From assembly GCA_964016885.1 (NCBI GenBank), contig OZ024741.1, forward strand, positions 207,638,001 to 207,702,000: a stretch of DNA of 64,000 nt, in the 5' to 3' direction. The notes under the pieces are model-generated. The model made no database searches. It was not told where the DNA came from and saw nothing but the letters and a program-made list of their open reading frames with translations. The translations under genes and the position numbers were made by a program. This DNA comes from Eledone cirrhosa. Taxonomy: Eukaryota. The stretch's first letter is position 1. Every line of letters begins with the position of its first letter. Below, piece after piece: positions 1 to 13,600 of the stretch.

Positions 1-216
1 CAGTACATACACATGCATACGCAAATATGCATGCCATACATACATACACACACACACATACACATAAACACGCGCACACGTATGTCTACCACACAAATAT
101 ATACACATATACCCACGCACATATGAGCGTATACGCCTAAATACACATACATATATGTATATATATATACACACACACACATATATATATATAATCATAT
201 ACATATATATATATAC

Positions 217-347
<131 letters not shown>

Positions 348-539
348 TATACAAATACAGACATACACGTATATATAATATACACCTATAACACATACAA
401 GCATATATACGTTCGAAAAAGTATACGCACCTGCACGAACATACGGATAAGGTATACTTACCTATACGAATATATAATGGTATAAGCATAACATATACTT
501 AGCTACCACATCAAGACGTATATTACCAGCGTATTGTCC

Positions 540-2620
540 GTACTATCCGTTAGGGCATAATGTAGGGCTGTATTACAGGAAGGTTTTATGCAATTTGTGT
601 TTACAAGCCGAAATTGCCTCAGATTGTTTGTTTAAGATTTGATCATTGGCGTAGAGTATGTCCAGGGCTTCAGCGGCGCAAAGATCACAAGGTCTTTTGT
701 TTCCGTTATACAATCTAGCTTCAGCTATGATCTCCCAGTGTAACCTATATTGGTTGTGGTTGTCTTTTAGACTCCAGATATAAGCTGAAAGGGACGTCAT
801 GTTCCTTCTTAAAGGGTTAAGAAAAAAATGGGTGTGCATGTAAAGATGCTGCTTGAATCTATTGGCGGTGAACCCTATGTAAGCCCTACTAGACGTGGGT
901 GTGTTGACCTTACATTTGTAGACAATATTACTGGACAGGCATTTCCTGGATAGAGGGCAGTCTTCCCGAATCCTACAATTACAGTTAGTACTAGCTACAG
1001 GGTTGTTAGTGTTACTACGGCTAGGTAATTTGGCTAAATTTGATGCAGTGATTTTATGTGCGAAGTTAGGAGTCGTGGAATAAAATATTTTAACGGTATT
1101 TCTATTAAATATTTTATTATATTTATGTGCTGAGGGGAAATGCTTCTTAATTAGAGAGAGAAAGATTTTTGATAATGGTCTTATACGGTGGGTTATACCA
1201 TATAATGCGTCGGGATCTATTTTTCCTATGTTTATGCTCGTACTTACTATATTCTACCTTATCAACAAATTAACTCCGAGCTAGAGCTTCATTATAATAT
1301 GTGGAATGATCGGTGAACATATACTCGTTTGTTGATAGACGAGAAAGACTCAATGAAACGTTTCTTACCAGGTTCTTGGTTATGCTGGCTGGATGGTTGG
1401 AATCCTTACTGATGTAATTAAGCGTATCATTTGGCTTTCTATACGGGTAGTGCAAGTCTTTCGACAAGTTGAGTGTGACGTCGAGGTAGTTTACAACTGA
1501 AAGGTTGGCTTCAACTTGTATGGAGAGATTGAAGCCTTTAAAGAAAGCTGTGAGTTCTTTCCTAAACATGTCGCAAGCGTGGGGTCCGCCCTTGGTCATG
1601 GTCTAAAGACCGTCATCGCGGCGCAGGCCTACGCCTACATTAGGGAATTCTTCCTTGACAAAGAAAAGTAGGAATAGGCCAATAAGATCTGTAACCTCCA
1701 CCGAATCGCTGGCGCCCATACTCACGTCGAATGGGGAACTATTAGATTTGTTGAGCCAAATAGAGTAATCGAAATTTATCACTAACTTACGGGCATTTAA
1801 TTTCGAAATCCTTAACCACCGTGAGCACTTTCGCGAAATTGATCGCTCTAAGAAGAAGTGGTAAAGTGGTGGAAGAGTAGTAGTTGTTGATGTCAAGTTG
1901 GATAAAATGGCAATGTTTCTTGTTGCATATGCCATTGAACCAATCAATCACTGCGAAAGAATTATTTCACAGGGCTGGAGGGGCAAAGATTCTAATTTCG
2001 GGTATAATCCTATCTAAAATTCTTTTACTACATCTACCTAAATCAGACTTCGTAGGTTTAAAAAGCCGAATAGATGAGGTGTTAGCGAAATTGGGTTTAT
2101 GATCCTTCAGGGTAAAATGGGAAGAAGTAAGGTCCAGAGGCTCAGTCCGGTCTTGGATGTTGAGTTCTGAAGTGATTTAAAATCGTTGATGTCATTAATA
2201 ACACTCCGATCGGTCTTCCTGGAATCCTCGGTTAAACCATTATGTAGCAGTTGATAGTACGTACTTCGCTCCACTTAGTATATATTACCAGTTTTGTCGG
2301 AGAGGATATGCACGGCATTAAATCCTTTATAGAACGAATTTTATTCTTCAGATCATGCTGGAAGGAATTGCTCCTGTTCCGAAATTTGATACTCCGTATG
2401 AGTTCCAAAACATCGTTTTCGAAAGGTAACAAAGCTGGGTTTCTAGGAGGGTTATTATATGTTTTAAACCCACATTTATCCTGTTTACTGTCCGCTTTAT
2501 CCTGGTTGTCGAAATAAAAGGCGCGCCAACGCAGCCTTTTACGGAACGAATCCGTTTTTTGAATTAATAATTTTAAATACGTCTTCCTGCTAGGTACAGG
2601 TTTATTCTTCGTAGAAATAT
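540..2620 (-). mobile_element. Penelope-like retroelement (Naiad-like), near full-length, frameshifted RT plus GIY-YIG; 3' UTR continues toward base 1
   Basis: Minus-strand ORF pieces: LPFENDVLELIRSIKFR (2232-2432); FDVSMGASDSVEVTDLIG...GLRRDDGL (RT motifs, 1603-1947); VNYLDVTLNL...PYRKPN...SNHP (thumb, 1270-1599); CNC..CPL..KC; TSLSAYIWSLKD...CDLC..E (GIY-YIG C-terminus, 573-839). Confidence 0.9.
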
Positions 2621-2748
2621 TAAGATGTTGATTTAAAGTCTAAAGAGTGCTCACCCGAGGGACTTAAATAGTAATAATAATAAATGTGAAGACTATATCC
2701 GAAGAGGGCTTGATAAGGATAATATATATATATAAATATATATAAAAA

Positions 2749-2831
<83 letters not shown>

Positions 2832-3306
2832 ATGTATATATATATACATATATATACACACACATACTGACACTTTTTTTCTCCTATTTTTTCTCGCTTT
2901 TTTCTCCCTTTTCTCTTCCTTCCTCTCTCCTCACCATTCCACCCTCTGTTCTTCTTCCTCTTTTCCCTCTTTTTCCTTCCCTTTTCTCTTCTTTCTCTCT
3001 TCTTTTCCTCCTGGTCTTTTGATTAATAAAAGGCCTTGGGCGCTGCCGATCGCTACAGGTGTCCTGTAATTCAGCGCCGAAACATCTACATCGCGGATTT
3101 TTACAGCTGACGAAGGATTCTTTCTCCTTTCTTCTTTTCTCCTCTTGTTCCGCCCTAACCACCACCCTAAACCTTGTTTTTAGTAACTACACAGCTCCTT
3201 TCGTTTCGTATCATTTTATATATATATATATATATATATAAGGAAAAAAGATGAAATCGAAAATGCAACTGGAGTATTTAAAAAAAAAAAAAAAATTTAT
3301 TTGGTT

Positions 3307-3348
3307 CCTTTACCGGTTTCGCAGTTCTTCTGCTTTTCAAAAGTAGGA
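3307..3348 (-). ncRNA. Minimal type I hammerhead ribozyme motif, U3-A8 core
   Basis: Minus strand reads ctt-TTGAAAA-GCAG-aagaa-CTGC-GAAACCGGTA-aag: perfect 4-bp stem II, palindromic stem III, GUA site, short stem I. Confidence 0.65.
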
Positions 3349-3743
3349 TTGAGATGGAGGGTCTGTGGTTATTCTCACATCTGGTTGGTCTTTGAATGTT
3401 ACTTCTGTTTTATATGTAAATAAATGGCTCGAAATGCCAGGTTTTTAGAGAAGTAATTTGGTTGGTTGGTGAATAAGTAAAATAAGTTTCGCGCCAGTTC
3501 GCGAAACAGAGGGGGGGGGGGGCTTGGATTGTTTTTTCATATATTAGTGAAGTTTGGTTGGTTGATGCAGTCACGTGAATAAGCACATCAGGTTTCGCGC
3601 CAGTTTGTGTTTGAATTTCTTTTTACTTTAAAAAAAGTGGCTCACGAAGGCTTTTTTTATAAATGTAATTTGATTGGTTATAAATGAAATTATAACTGTC
3701 ACGTGAACAAATACATTAAATTTATATATATATATATATATTC

Positions 3744-3848
3744 AGGCGCGGGATGGGAATGACTTTGCTTAAGAAAATCGTTTCTCAACCATGTGGTTTT
3801 AGGTTCAGTCGTTCAGTCCCACTGTGTAGCACCTTGGGCAAATGTCTG
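3744..3848 (+). mobile_element. Degenerate tRNA-derived SINE head (CORE-like)
   Basis: B-box-like ggttcagtc followed by caccttgggcaaatgtc, which resembles the CORE-type motif. Confidence 0.45.
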
Positions 3849-3849
3849 A

Positions 3850-4225
3850 TGACTGAAAGTGAGTACAACAGCTTGTGGGAAATCTCTAACATTAACTGAA
3901 CAATCACTACTCAGAGAAGTTCTGAAGGCAGACTTTATAACAGAAAATCAAAGTAAGAAAGCATTCAATAAAGCCTTTAGAGAGAAACAAGAACAGGCAT
4001 AGATAGAAAAGGCACTTCATGGCAAATTTCCATTAAAGACATTGCTGATCCTTGATCGTGGTTTCGGCTTAGGCAAGGTTGGCTTAAAAAGAGCACCGAG
4101 GCTTTTATTACTGCTGCACAAGACCAGGCTTTCAGAACTAATTGGGTAAAAGCTAACATGAATAGACAAAATTGCTCCCCACCTTGCAGAGTGTGCCATA
4201 AAGCAAATGAATCTCAAGATTCTCA
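3850..4225 (+). mobile_element. R4/Dong-type RLE LINE fragment
   Basis: Translates to KALHGKF...LKKSTEAFITAAQDQAFRTNW...CRVCHKANES (Zn-knuckle region), frameshifted. Confidence 0.7.
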
Positions 4226-5052
4226 AACACTCCTTCCAACGAGTCTGTCAGTAGCAAACATCTCTAAGCTGGATCCCAAAGCGTCACCAGCCAAGCTCAT
4301 GGATGTTATCCAACTATCTTTCTCAGGGTCTACCTCTTGGTCTCCTGTCGGGTGGTTTTGCCTGTAAAATGTGTCCAGCGATTCTTTACTGAGACATTCT
4401 AACCACATGCTCATAATATCGGAGTTGTGATCTCTCAACTCGGAGAAGTAGCGGCTCTACCAGGAGTGACTCTCTGGTCTCTGAGCTATGCACTTTATCG
4501 AGTAACATTACTCCAAAGACCCTTCGGAGGAATCCCATTTCTGCCCCTTTTATTTGCAATTGCATTCTTTTGGTCATTATTCAAGATTCATGATCCTCGG
4601 TAAGAGTTGGCAGGAATACCAGGAAGACAGCGAGTTTGGCTTTTACACCTACCCCCCTTCTTCTGATTGCTGAATGCCGAGGCTGTCGCATTACTGCATC
4701 AGCTTTTGCAATTCTAGCACATAATTCAACCTCCTGCCTTCCATCACTCATGAACACGGCTCCAAGGTATTTGAATTTCTCTAACTGCTTCAGTGGAACT
4801 CCATTCACATGTATATACATTTGAGGGACTTCTGTCCACTCGTCCATCACGCAATGTGTGTGTGTGTTTGTGTGAATGTATGCGTGTGTAAAAGGAAGGA
4901 AAGGGATACACACATATATATGTCTAACATAAAAACAGTGACACACACGCGTGTCTGTAATTTAAGAACGCCGACAAACTCATGCGCACGCACATACACA
5001 CACCGTCCTATTACCACTTAAGAGCTTTGGCCCGGGCAAACATCCCCTCAAA
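4226..5052 (-). mobile_element. RTE-clade LINE 3' fragment plus shared upstream flank
   Basis: LEKFKYLGAVFMSDG and AEMGFLRRVFGV.LLDKVH.SETRE motifs; inverted near-copy of 8325-9125. Confidence 0.8.
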
Positions 5053-5417
5053 TTTGGAACCATCTTGGTCAAGAGGCTGGCAGGAGCCTTACCTGGGACA
5101 TCACAGTTAGTGACTCTTTTGCTTCCTCCCACATCCTGGATGCAGCGGTAAAGGCGAGAGCTACAGCATCCGCAGCTGAACGGAACAAAATCCTAAAATA
5201 CCGTGTTCTGTCAGCTAACTATATTATCCAGCCTGTGGCGTTCCAGACGTTAGGGGAAGTCGGGCTACTGACAGCGAGATTCTTATCTTCACTGGCGGCT
5301 CGCCAAATAGAGGTAACTGGTGATGCTCGTGAGGGCACTTGGTTGTTCCAGCACCTCAGCGTCGCCATCACCCCAGGTAACGCTGCGAGCGTGCTGGCCT
5401 GCCTCAAAAATTATTAG
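5053..5417 (+). mobile_element. CRE-like RLE LINE 3' fragment (endonuclease end)
   Basis: Translates to WDITVSDSFA...AAERNKILKY...PVAFQTLGEVG...LFQHLSVAI..GNA. Confidence 0.7.
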
Positions 5418-5555
5418 AGAAGTTTCCCAGTGCTCCTCGCTATATTGCAATCTTTTGCTCTGGTAGCGGCTGCATTTTGTTCTATGTGGTTTAAGATGTG
5501 TGTATTACGTGCTTGTGCATTTTTTCCTTTCCTCCTTTCCTTTGTATATATTATA

Positions 5556-5741
5556 TTGAATTGGCAGTATCGGTAGAGGGTCCGACGCCATGCTTTCCAG
5601 CATAGTCACGTCTCTTTACGGTCTGAGTTCAAATCCCGTCGAGGTTAACTTTGCCTTTCATCCTTACGGAGTCGATAAAATAAAGTACCAGTAATACACT
5701 GGTATAATTGCTGGCCTTGTGCCAAAAGTAGAAACAATTAT
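5556..5741 (+). mobile_element. tRNA-derived MetaSINE-like SINE
   Basis: A box tggcagtatcgg, B box gagttcaaatcc, core gaggttaactttgcctttcatccttacggagtcgataaaataaagtacc, tail gccaaaagtagaaacaatta. Many copies occur in the window. Confidence 0.85.
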
Positions 5742-6225
5742 AATTTTTAGCGTTTTCGTTCTGTAACCATCTAAACGAAGACGAAACCATCTAAATAAAG
5801 GAAGGTCTGCGGGATTGCGTACGGTTTATTTTTTTTATCCCGTTTGTAAAATAAGTTGGATTACTTTGAATAAATAATGAATGAATATTACATAATTTAT
5901 CTACTCAATATCGTAAACAAAAATAATTTCGTAAAAATAAATAATTTAAAATTGGCTTCTTTTCAAAGTTGCACTTCCGGTATATCATCGCCACCACCAC
6001 TACTTCAACTACCATATATATATAGAAAGTGAGCGTGTGTGATGAGATAGATAGAGAGATTATGACTTTCTACACCTGACGCGTGCACATACATCTAAAT
6101 GTATGAGTATATAATTATAATCACGCAAACACAAACTTATAAAAATACACTCTCACGGACATAATTCACGCAAATACACATACTTTCACACATACTTTCA
6201 CACAAATATACATACATTCACACAT

Positions 6226-6574
6226 ATATATGAGAGGGATGAACACTGATACAAGTATACATGTGTTCGAATTGCAAATGACCAAGTTAGCTAGGTTGAA
6301 AAATACTAATTTAAAACAATATGGTTTGTCTGTCTCGATTTAAAGTAATAAATCAATAAAAATAACAAACCTATATTGGGCAATCGCTGTTTGATACCCG
6401 GACAGATCAAACGGCGATTGCTCAATATAGGTTTGTTATTTTTATTGATTTATTACTTTAAATCGAGACAGACAAACCATATTGTTTTAAATTAGTATTT
6501 TTCAACCTAGCTAACTTGGTCTTTTGCAATGCGAACACATGTATACTTGTATCAGTGTTCATCCCTCTCATATA
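6226..6574. repeat. Long near-perfect palindrome (arms about 170 bp, 10-nt spacer acccggacag)
   Basis: 6226-6395 is the reverse complement of about 6406-6574 with few mismatches. The arm is related to 41870-41995 and 42458-42595. Confidence 0.9.
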
Positions 6575-6831
6575 TTCAATTGTATTGCACAGCTCGGAAA
6601 GATTCCCTTCCTTAAGCTATTTAATTGTAAAAGACTATTTTGAGTTTCTAACTCAATATACGATACATTCACACATATACATTTACACAAACGTACATAC
6701 ATTCACACATATATATTTACACAAACATACATATATTCACACATATACATTTACACACACATACAGTCATGATAGCGTTCGGTTTAATTGGAAATGGGAG
6801 GGTAAAACAAGTATAACGTTTTATTTATTTA

Positions 6832-7756
6832 CTAGCAGTGTATCCCGGCGTTGCACGGGTAAGAACATTGGTAATAGCACCTCCAATGAGAAACGTTTAT
6901 TTGTGAGTGCCTGTTAAAAACTCACGAAAATATACCGACAGGAAACTTGTTTTATTTGGAGAAAATTAAGAAGTTGAAAGTAAAGTTTAGCTGTCTACGT
7001 GCATTGTTCATAGAAATATTGTTGAGTCCCTTCTTTTCATACTCCCCTGTTTTGGCCTTTTGGAGTAAATGTGAAAGAGAAAGTCACAGGGTAAGTTGGC
7101 AGAAGGTTCCAGTGTCATAGCAGTAAGGCGTAGGCTACTTACCTCAAAAGTTCATTCGCACTCTTCCCACTAAGTTACTCTTTCTCTCTACTCCTCTCGG
7201 TGCAGTCCCTTGTGAATTTCTCGCGTAGGTCTGGTGTAGATTAGCACCCGATCCTTCACATGTCCAATTTGTACGGCTTTTGGAGGAAGGAGTGACCAGC
7301 AGTAAGTTGTTCGGTATTATTACGAAAAAGTTGGTTGATTGGCAGTATCGGTAGAGGGTCGGACGCCATGCTTTCCAGCATAGTTACGTCCCTTTACGGT
7401 CTGAGTTCAAATCCCGCCGAGGTTAACTTTGCCTTTCATCCTTACAGGGTCGATAAAATAAAGTACCAGTAATGTACTGGGTAATTGATGGCCTTGTGCC
7501 AAAAGTGGAAACAATTATTATGAAAAGGTGTAGCAGAGAATCCCGCGTGAACTAACAGCTCGGGAGGAAACTGCTTACCTTGAAGATTCATTCGCCATCG
7601 TTCTTGTCAACGCTCTGTTTACTTGGTATTTGTTGGTCTACAGTTAGATGAATGGTGCACAAAGGGTTAATGTTTATTGGCAAGAAGTTTTTTGAATAAT
7701 AAAAGACGGGTTAAAGCGACCTACAATGTATCTGTATATATTATATATATATACAC

Positions 7757-7759
<3 letters not shown>
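6832..7759 (-). mobile_element. Probable non-autonomous Helitron
   Basis: Minus-strand 3' end is a cccgtgcaacgccggg hairpin, 8 nt, then CTAG|T. Candidate A|TC 5' end near 7759 is uncertain. Confidence 0.5.
7335..7520 (+). mobile_element. MetaSINE-like SINE copy
   Basis: Same A box, B box and core as 5556-5741. Confidence 0.85.
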
Positions 7760-7825
<66 letters not shown>

Positions 7826-7870
7826 TTAAAACAATGAAATAAAAAATCAAGTCATAAGAGATTACTTCAC

Positions 7871-8006
7871 TGCTTTACGATCGTTTCTAGGTGATGATAA
7901 TACATTGTAGCTATACTCCGTTATTGATCTATGTAAGGTTAGTTACAAAATATCAGATAAAGAGAATATTTACTTACATGCATATCACCAGCTGTTTTCA
8001 AAAGCA
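7871..8006 (-). ncRNA. Hammerhead-like motif, U3-A8 core, about 100-nt stem II insertion, probably decayed
   Basis: tgctt-TTGAAAA-cagct-GGTGAT...ATCACC-ta-GAAACGATCGTA-aagca. Stem I is extended by a ~30-bp inverted repeat (7825-7853 / 8009-8038). The base of stem II is imperfect. Confidence 0.5.
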
Positions 8007-8169
8007 AGTGACTTGATTTTTTATTTCATTGTTTTAACGTATATCATGACTCTGTTTTCCTTTTAATGTTTTATTGTTTTCCGGATTTATCTTAACCTAC
8101 AACATTTTCAACATATGGATTACATCGAGTTCTTCATGCAGAATAGACCCCACAACTTACTGTGGATAC

Positions 8170-8203
<34 letters not shown>

Positions 8204-8324
8204 CTGTGTATGTATGCACACATATATATATGTGTGTGTGTATGTATGTATATGTGTATATATATATATATGTGTATATGTGTTTGTATATGTATATATA
8301 TACACACACACATATATATATAGA

Positions 8325-9175
8325 ATTGAGGGGATGTTTGCCCGGACCAAAGCTCTTAAGTGGTAATAGGACAGTGTCTGTATGTGAGTTTGTCGGCGTC
8401 CTTAAATTAGAGACACGTGTGTGTGTGTCACTGTTTTTAAGTTAGAGACATATGTGTGTATCCCTTTCCTTCCTTTTACACACACATACATTCACACAAA
8501 CACACATACATATTGTGTGATGGACGGGTGGACAGAAGTCCCTCAAATTTATATACATGTGAATGGAGTTCTACTGAAGCAGTTAGAGAAGTTCAAGTAT
8601 CTTGGAGCCGTGTTCATGAGTGATGGAATGCAGGAGACTGAATTAAGTATAAGAATTACAAAATCTGATGCAGTAAAGCTCCAGCCTCAGCAATCAGATG
8701 AAGGGGGTTAGGTGTAAAAGCCAAACTCGCTGTCTTCCTGCCAACTCTTACCGAGGATCATGACCAAAAGAATACAATTGCAAATAAAAGTGGCAGAAAT
8801 GGGATTCCTCCGAAGGGTCTTTGGAGTAACGTTACTCGATAAAGTGCATAACTCAGAGACCAGAGAGTCACTCCTGGTAGAGCCGGTACTTCTCCGAATT
8901 GAGATATCACAACTCCGATATTATGAGCATGTGGTTAGAATGTCTCAGTAAAGAGTCGCTGGACACATTTTACAGGCAAAACCAGCCGGCAAGAGACCCA
9001 GAAGTAGACCCTAAGCAAGATAGTTGGATAACATCCATGAGCTTGGCTGGTGACGCTTTGGGATCCAGCTAGATAAGCTAGAGATGTTTGCTACTGACAG
9101 ACTCGCTGGAAGGAGTGTTTGAGAAGGACTCTGCCCCCACGACCCCCTCAGAAATAAGTGGGTGAAGAAGAAGAT
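8325..9175 (+). mobile_element. RTE-clade LINE 3' fragment with (GAA)n tail
   Basis: KFKYLGAVFMSDG and AEMGFLRRVFG motifs; ends gggtgaagaagaag. Confidence 0.8.
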
Positions 9176-9594
9176 ATTGTCAATTTACTTTTCAAATTAC
9201 ATATATCTATATGCATATATATTTGCGTATAATACCAATATGCGCACTACATTCGCTAGCAGAAAATCGCACGAGGGCGGTTTTTCTGCTAGTTATATTA
9301 AATGAGTTTTAAAAAAAAAGAGTTAATAAATAAATAAAATGTTTTACTTGGTTTACCCTCCCATTTCCATTTCATCGAACTCTATCATAACTGTATGTGT
9401 GTGTTTGTGTAAATGTATATGTGTGCATGTATGTATGTTTGTGTGAAAGTATGTGTATTTACGTAAATATCAGTGAGAGTGTATTTTTATAAGTTTGTGT
9501 TTGCGCGATTATAATTATATACCCATAATAGTTATATACTCATACATATAGATATATATGTATGAGTATATAACTCTTTATATATATAGTGTGA

Positions 9595-9810
9595 AGGCGT
9601 GTGGCTGAGTGGTTAGAGAATTGGATTCACAATCTTGAGGTTGTGAGTTCGATTCCTGGACCAGGCGATGCGTTATGTCCTTGAGCAAGACACTTTATTT
9701 CACGTTGCTCCTTCTACCTGGAGTTGCGACCGATAGATAGTACTAGCAACTGGAAAGACCAACGGAAACATTGTTTCCTCGGTCCGATTTGACGAAAGTC
9801 GATCGATTGA
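9595..9810 (+). mobile_element. tRNA-derived CORE-like SINE
   Basis: A box tggctgagtgg, B box gagttcgattcc, then tgtccttgagcaagacacttta. Second copy at 27762-27975. Confidence 0.8.
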
Positions 9811-9984
9811 AAAAAAAATATATATATAGTAGTTGAAGTGGTGGTATTGGCGACGATATACTGGGAGTGTAGAAATGTGAATGAAAATTTGAAAAGAAGT
9901 CAATTTTAAATTATTTATGTTTACGAAATTTAGTTTCGAAATTTAGGACATAAATTATGTAATATTCATTCATTATTTATTCAA

Positions 9985-10370
9985 GTGGTGGATTGGCAGT
10001 ATCGGTAGAGGGTCAGAGGCCATGCTTTGACGCAGAGAGTTACGGCCCTTGCCATTCTGAGTTCAAACTCCGCCAAGGTTAACTTTGCCTTTCATCCTTA
10101 CGGGGTCGATAAAATAAAGTACTAGTAATACACTGGGATAATTGCTGGCATTGTGCCAAAAGTAGAAATAATTATTTAGGGCGGTGGATTGGCAGTATCG
10201 GTAGAGGGTCGGACGCCATGCTTTGACGCATAGTGTTACGGCCCTTGCCATTCTGAGTTCAAATCCCGCCGAGGTTAACTTTGCCTTTCATCCTTACAGG
10301 GTCGATAAAATGAAGTACCAGTAATACACTGTGTAATTGCTGGCCTTGTGCCAAAAGTAGAAAAAATTAT
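9985..10370 (+). mobile_element. Head-to-tail tandem pair of MetaSINE-like SINEs
   Basis: Two consecutive copies, about 9985-10175 and 10180-10370. Confidence 0.85.
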
Positions 10371-10614
10371 TTATTCAAAGTAATCCAACTTATTTTAGTA
10401 ACTGGATTACAAGAAATAAACCGTACGTAGTCTCGCAGCCCTTACTTTATTATAGTTTAGATATAACTAGTAGCTGAAACTCCAGGAACAGTTACCACGA
10501 GTTTATCGTTTTTTTTATCATCAGACGAATCATTTAAAAATAGACAATAGTAAAATCAGGGAAATATTTGTAAAATACCCAGTTCATAAATCCATATGAA
10601 TGTATGTATGTATG

Positions 10615-13600
10615 TTCTTCTGGTTTTATAATTTCACAAATTTTTTCCCAATAGAGAGAGAGTCGGTTTCTAACATAGACACAAGACTCTCTCATTGGAA
10701 TTTACACAACATCAACTAGGTAGATTATGTATGCATGCATGTGTGGATATGGATGTTATTGTATGTGTGGATGTGGATATTTTGAGTTGTATGTGTGCAT
10801 ATATATATGCTTTGTTACTAGATGCACCATTTTTGGAATGTTTTACATTTTTTTTACTGTTCCATTAATGGATTGTACTTGTAATTTCCTAACTAGTTGT
10901 GTTCTTTCTGTTCCTGTGAAGTCGAGCTTCTCAAGATTTGTATTGAGGCAGTTACTAACATATCCCAGTGCCCCAATAATCACAGGCATAAATATGAAGG
11001 TGTAATGAGGGTGGATTATCTGCAGATTTCTCATCAGTTCTGCATAAATATTCTCCTTTTCGCTAATCTTTGATAATATATTGGCATCTGCTGGGCAGCT
11101 AATTTCCACTACTGTGCATGCTTTCTTCTCCCTGACCCATATCATAATATCTGGTCTGTTATGCTTGCATTTTATTGGGGTTTTTACTGGAACATTCCAC
11201 CAGTACTCTTTCATATTGCTGTAGCTTTTAATGTGTTTATTATCGGGGCTATCTTTTTTACGGATTGCATTGTACAGTGTTTTGGCCACTACATCATGCC
11301 TCATAGGTAGATAGTACCACGATGACATCTTTGGACAGCTGCTGATGACATGGGTGATATCATCGATGTTAGTTCTGCAGAGTCTGCACTTGTTATCACA
11401 TCTAGGTGTTTTGCCTGCATCCCTATCTCTTTTGTGAATCAGGTATTTAGTGTTAATTTCCTGTTCTTGGATTGCAAAAGAATATCCTTCAAAGTGGGAG
11501 CCAACATAGCGGTTGTTAGTCCAAGATAGACTACTTTCCATATCTATATTACTCTCACTCTGGAGCTTCCTGGCAACATATCCATGCATGATTTTTTGCT
11601 GAAAAGGATGCAGTTTTTCATCCATGGATTCACTGCGATACTGCTGAGCGACTTCCCTGGGTGTGAGTTTTTGATTATCACACAGGGAATATCTCTCGAG
11701 GAGTTCCTTCCCAACTCTCATGATCTTATCTGTTTCATGCAGATAGACTTGCTCGAGAGACGGCCTCCTACGCTTCGAGGTTCGTAGATGTTGTTGGAGG
11801 AATATGATGCGACATTCAAATGCTGTCTGGACTGATGTTAGGCCTCTGCCTCCCTGCTTACGTTTCAAGTAAAGGCGGTCTATGTCACTGTTGATGTGGA
11901 AGTTTCCGGTGTTGTTTAGTATTTTTCGAGTTCCAACATCAACTGCTCAGATTTCGTCTATCGTCCAATTGAGTATTCCAAACGTTGGTGTTAGGACAGG
12001 CACAGCAAACACATTGTGAGCCATTGTTTTGTTTTGCGCAGAGAGTTCCGATGACCAAATCTTTCTTAATCGGGTGTAGTATTACCTGGATACGTGTTCC
12101 ATATTACAGATACCATTATAGGATATGTTCTCATCTATCCCCAGGTATCTGTAGCAGTCCACATCAGATATCGGTGAAACAGTTTGGGTTGTTGTTTTTC
12201 CCCGCTTTAGTCATATATGAGCTTTTCTCTTGACTAAATTTCATTCCTATATCCTTTGAGAACGTTGTAACCAGGTCAAGAAGTTTCTTCATCCCATCCA
12301 TGTTCTTGGCATAGAGTTTCAGATCATCCACAAAGAAATTATGGGTTATTTTTGTCCTCCCGTGAGCCAATGATGTATCCTTCACATTTCTTGAGCTGAA
12401 AGGACAAGGCGTTTAATGACAAGATGAACAATATCACAGAGAGACTGTTTCCCTGAAATATGCCCAAGCGATATTTTATTTTATCAGTGAAAATATAGTC
12501 CTCCCTCTCTATCTTTTACCTTAGGATAGTAGCCCAAGAAGAAGATAGCCTCTCTATGGCTCTGACAATAATGTCTGGGACTTTAGAAAGTTGGAGGGCC
12601 TCTATCATCCAAGATTGGGGAACAGAATCGAAAGCAGTTTTGTTGATTAGGAGTTGTTCAGCACATCCCCAAACCCCTTTCTTTCCAGCTGTTTGTTCGT
12701 CTGTGATGATGTTATTATTTTCACAGTGTTCTTGGAGGAATAGGTTCAGGCAGGCTGTATACATCTTATACATCAGGTTCTGGCATGCAATGGGTCGGTA
12801 GTTTTTTGCCAAGTGGGTGTCTTTGTTCTTGGGGACCAGTAATGTTTGTGCTAATGTCAACCATTCTTAAGAACTTGTTGGTAGAGGTCAGTAAGATACC
12901 TCCGATAGAATATCAGTTTTTGTACCAGTAGCCGACAATCATGTCTCTTCCTGGTGTTTTCTTATCTTGGAGTTTTCCTATCACAGTCTGAAGGGTACCC
13001 TCACTTATTTCGTATGTATTTGTTGTAGTGTAGGAGCAATAGTTCTTTCGGATTTCTCTTAGCTGCTTCTTGGTTGAAATTCTTCTTTTCAACCCATATT
13101 TTGCTCCAAAAGGAATCTATGTCTTTCTGGGATGGGGCCCCTCAGTGGCACTTATAATTTTGTTCTTCATATCTATTTTTCACTCTTTGTTGGTGAGGAG
13201 TGAGTTTTTTTTGTGTTTGTTTGCATGTAAGGAGCATTGTCACATATCCTATGGTTTTTCGTAGGTCAGCAATCTTTTTTTTTCTATTTTAGTTATATAT
13301 GATGGTATTTTTGGTGGTGTTTTGTTTCTCGTTAATATCTCTGCTATCACCAAGATAATGCTTCACTGTCGTTGCTAAGGCATATAAATAGGCGTTGATT
13401 TTCCAAAACGTTGGGGTTTTTATCTGTCGTAAATATTCATCCCCTATTTCGTCAATAACACGTAATATTTCATTATTTGTTTTTTTTTTAAATTAAATAT
13501 TGTCGTTTTAATATGTTCAGCAAGAGAAATATTTATACATGAATTAATTTCTCTCTGGAAGATTTCGTTGAGGGAAATTTTCAATTGTTTATACTTTTGA

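Noticed and set aside
3030-3115. Hairpin ggcgctg...cagcgcc followed by GAAAC
   Set aside because: No CUGANGA or UUGANAA core immediately 5' of the stem; at best a dead HHR.
9595-9670. tRNA genes (also 27762-27835 and 17860-17925)
   Set aside because: A and B boxes are present but there is no complete cloverleaf, and they run into SINE-like bodies.
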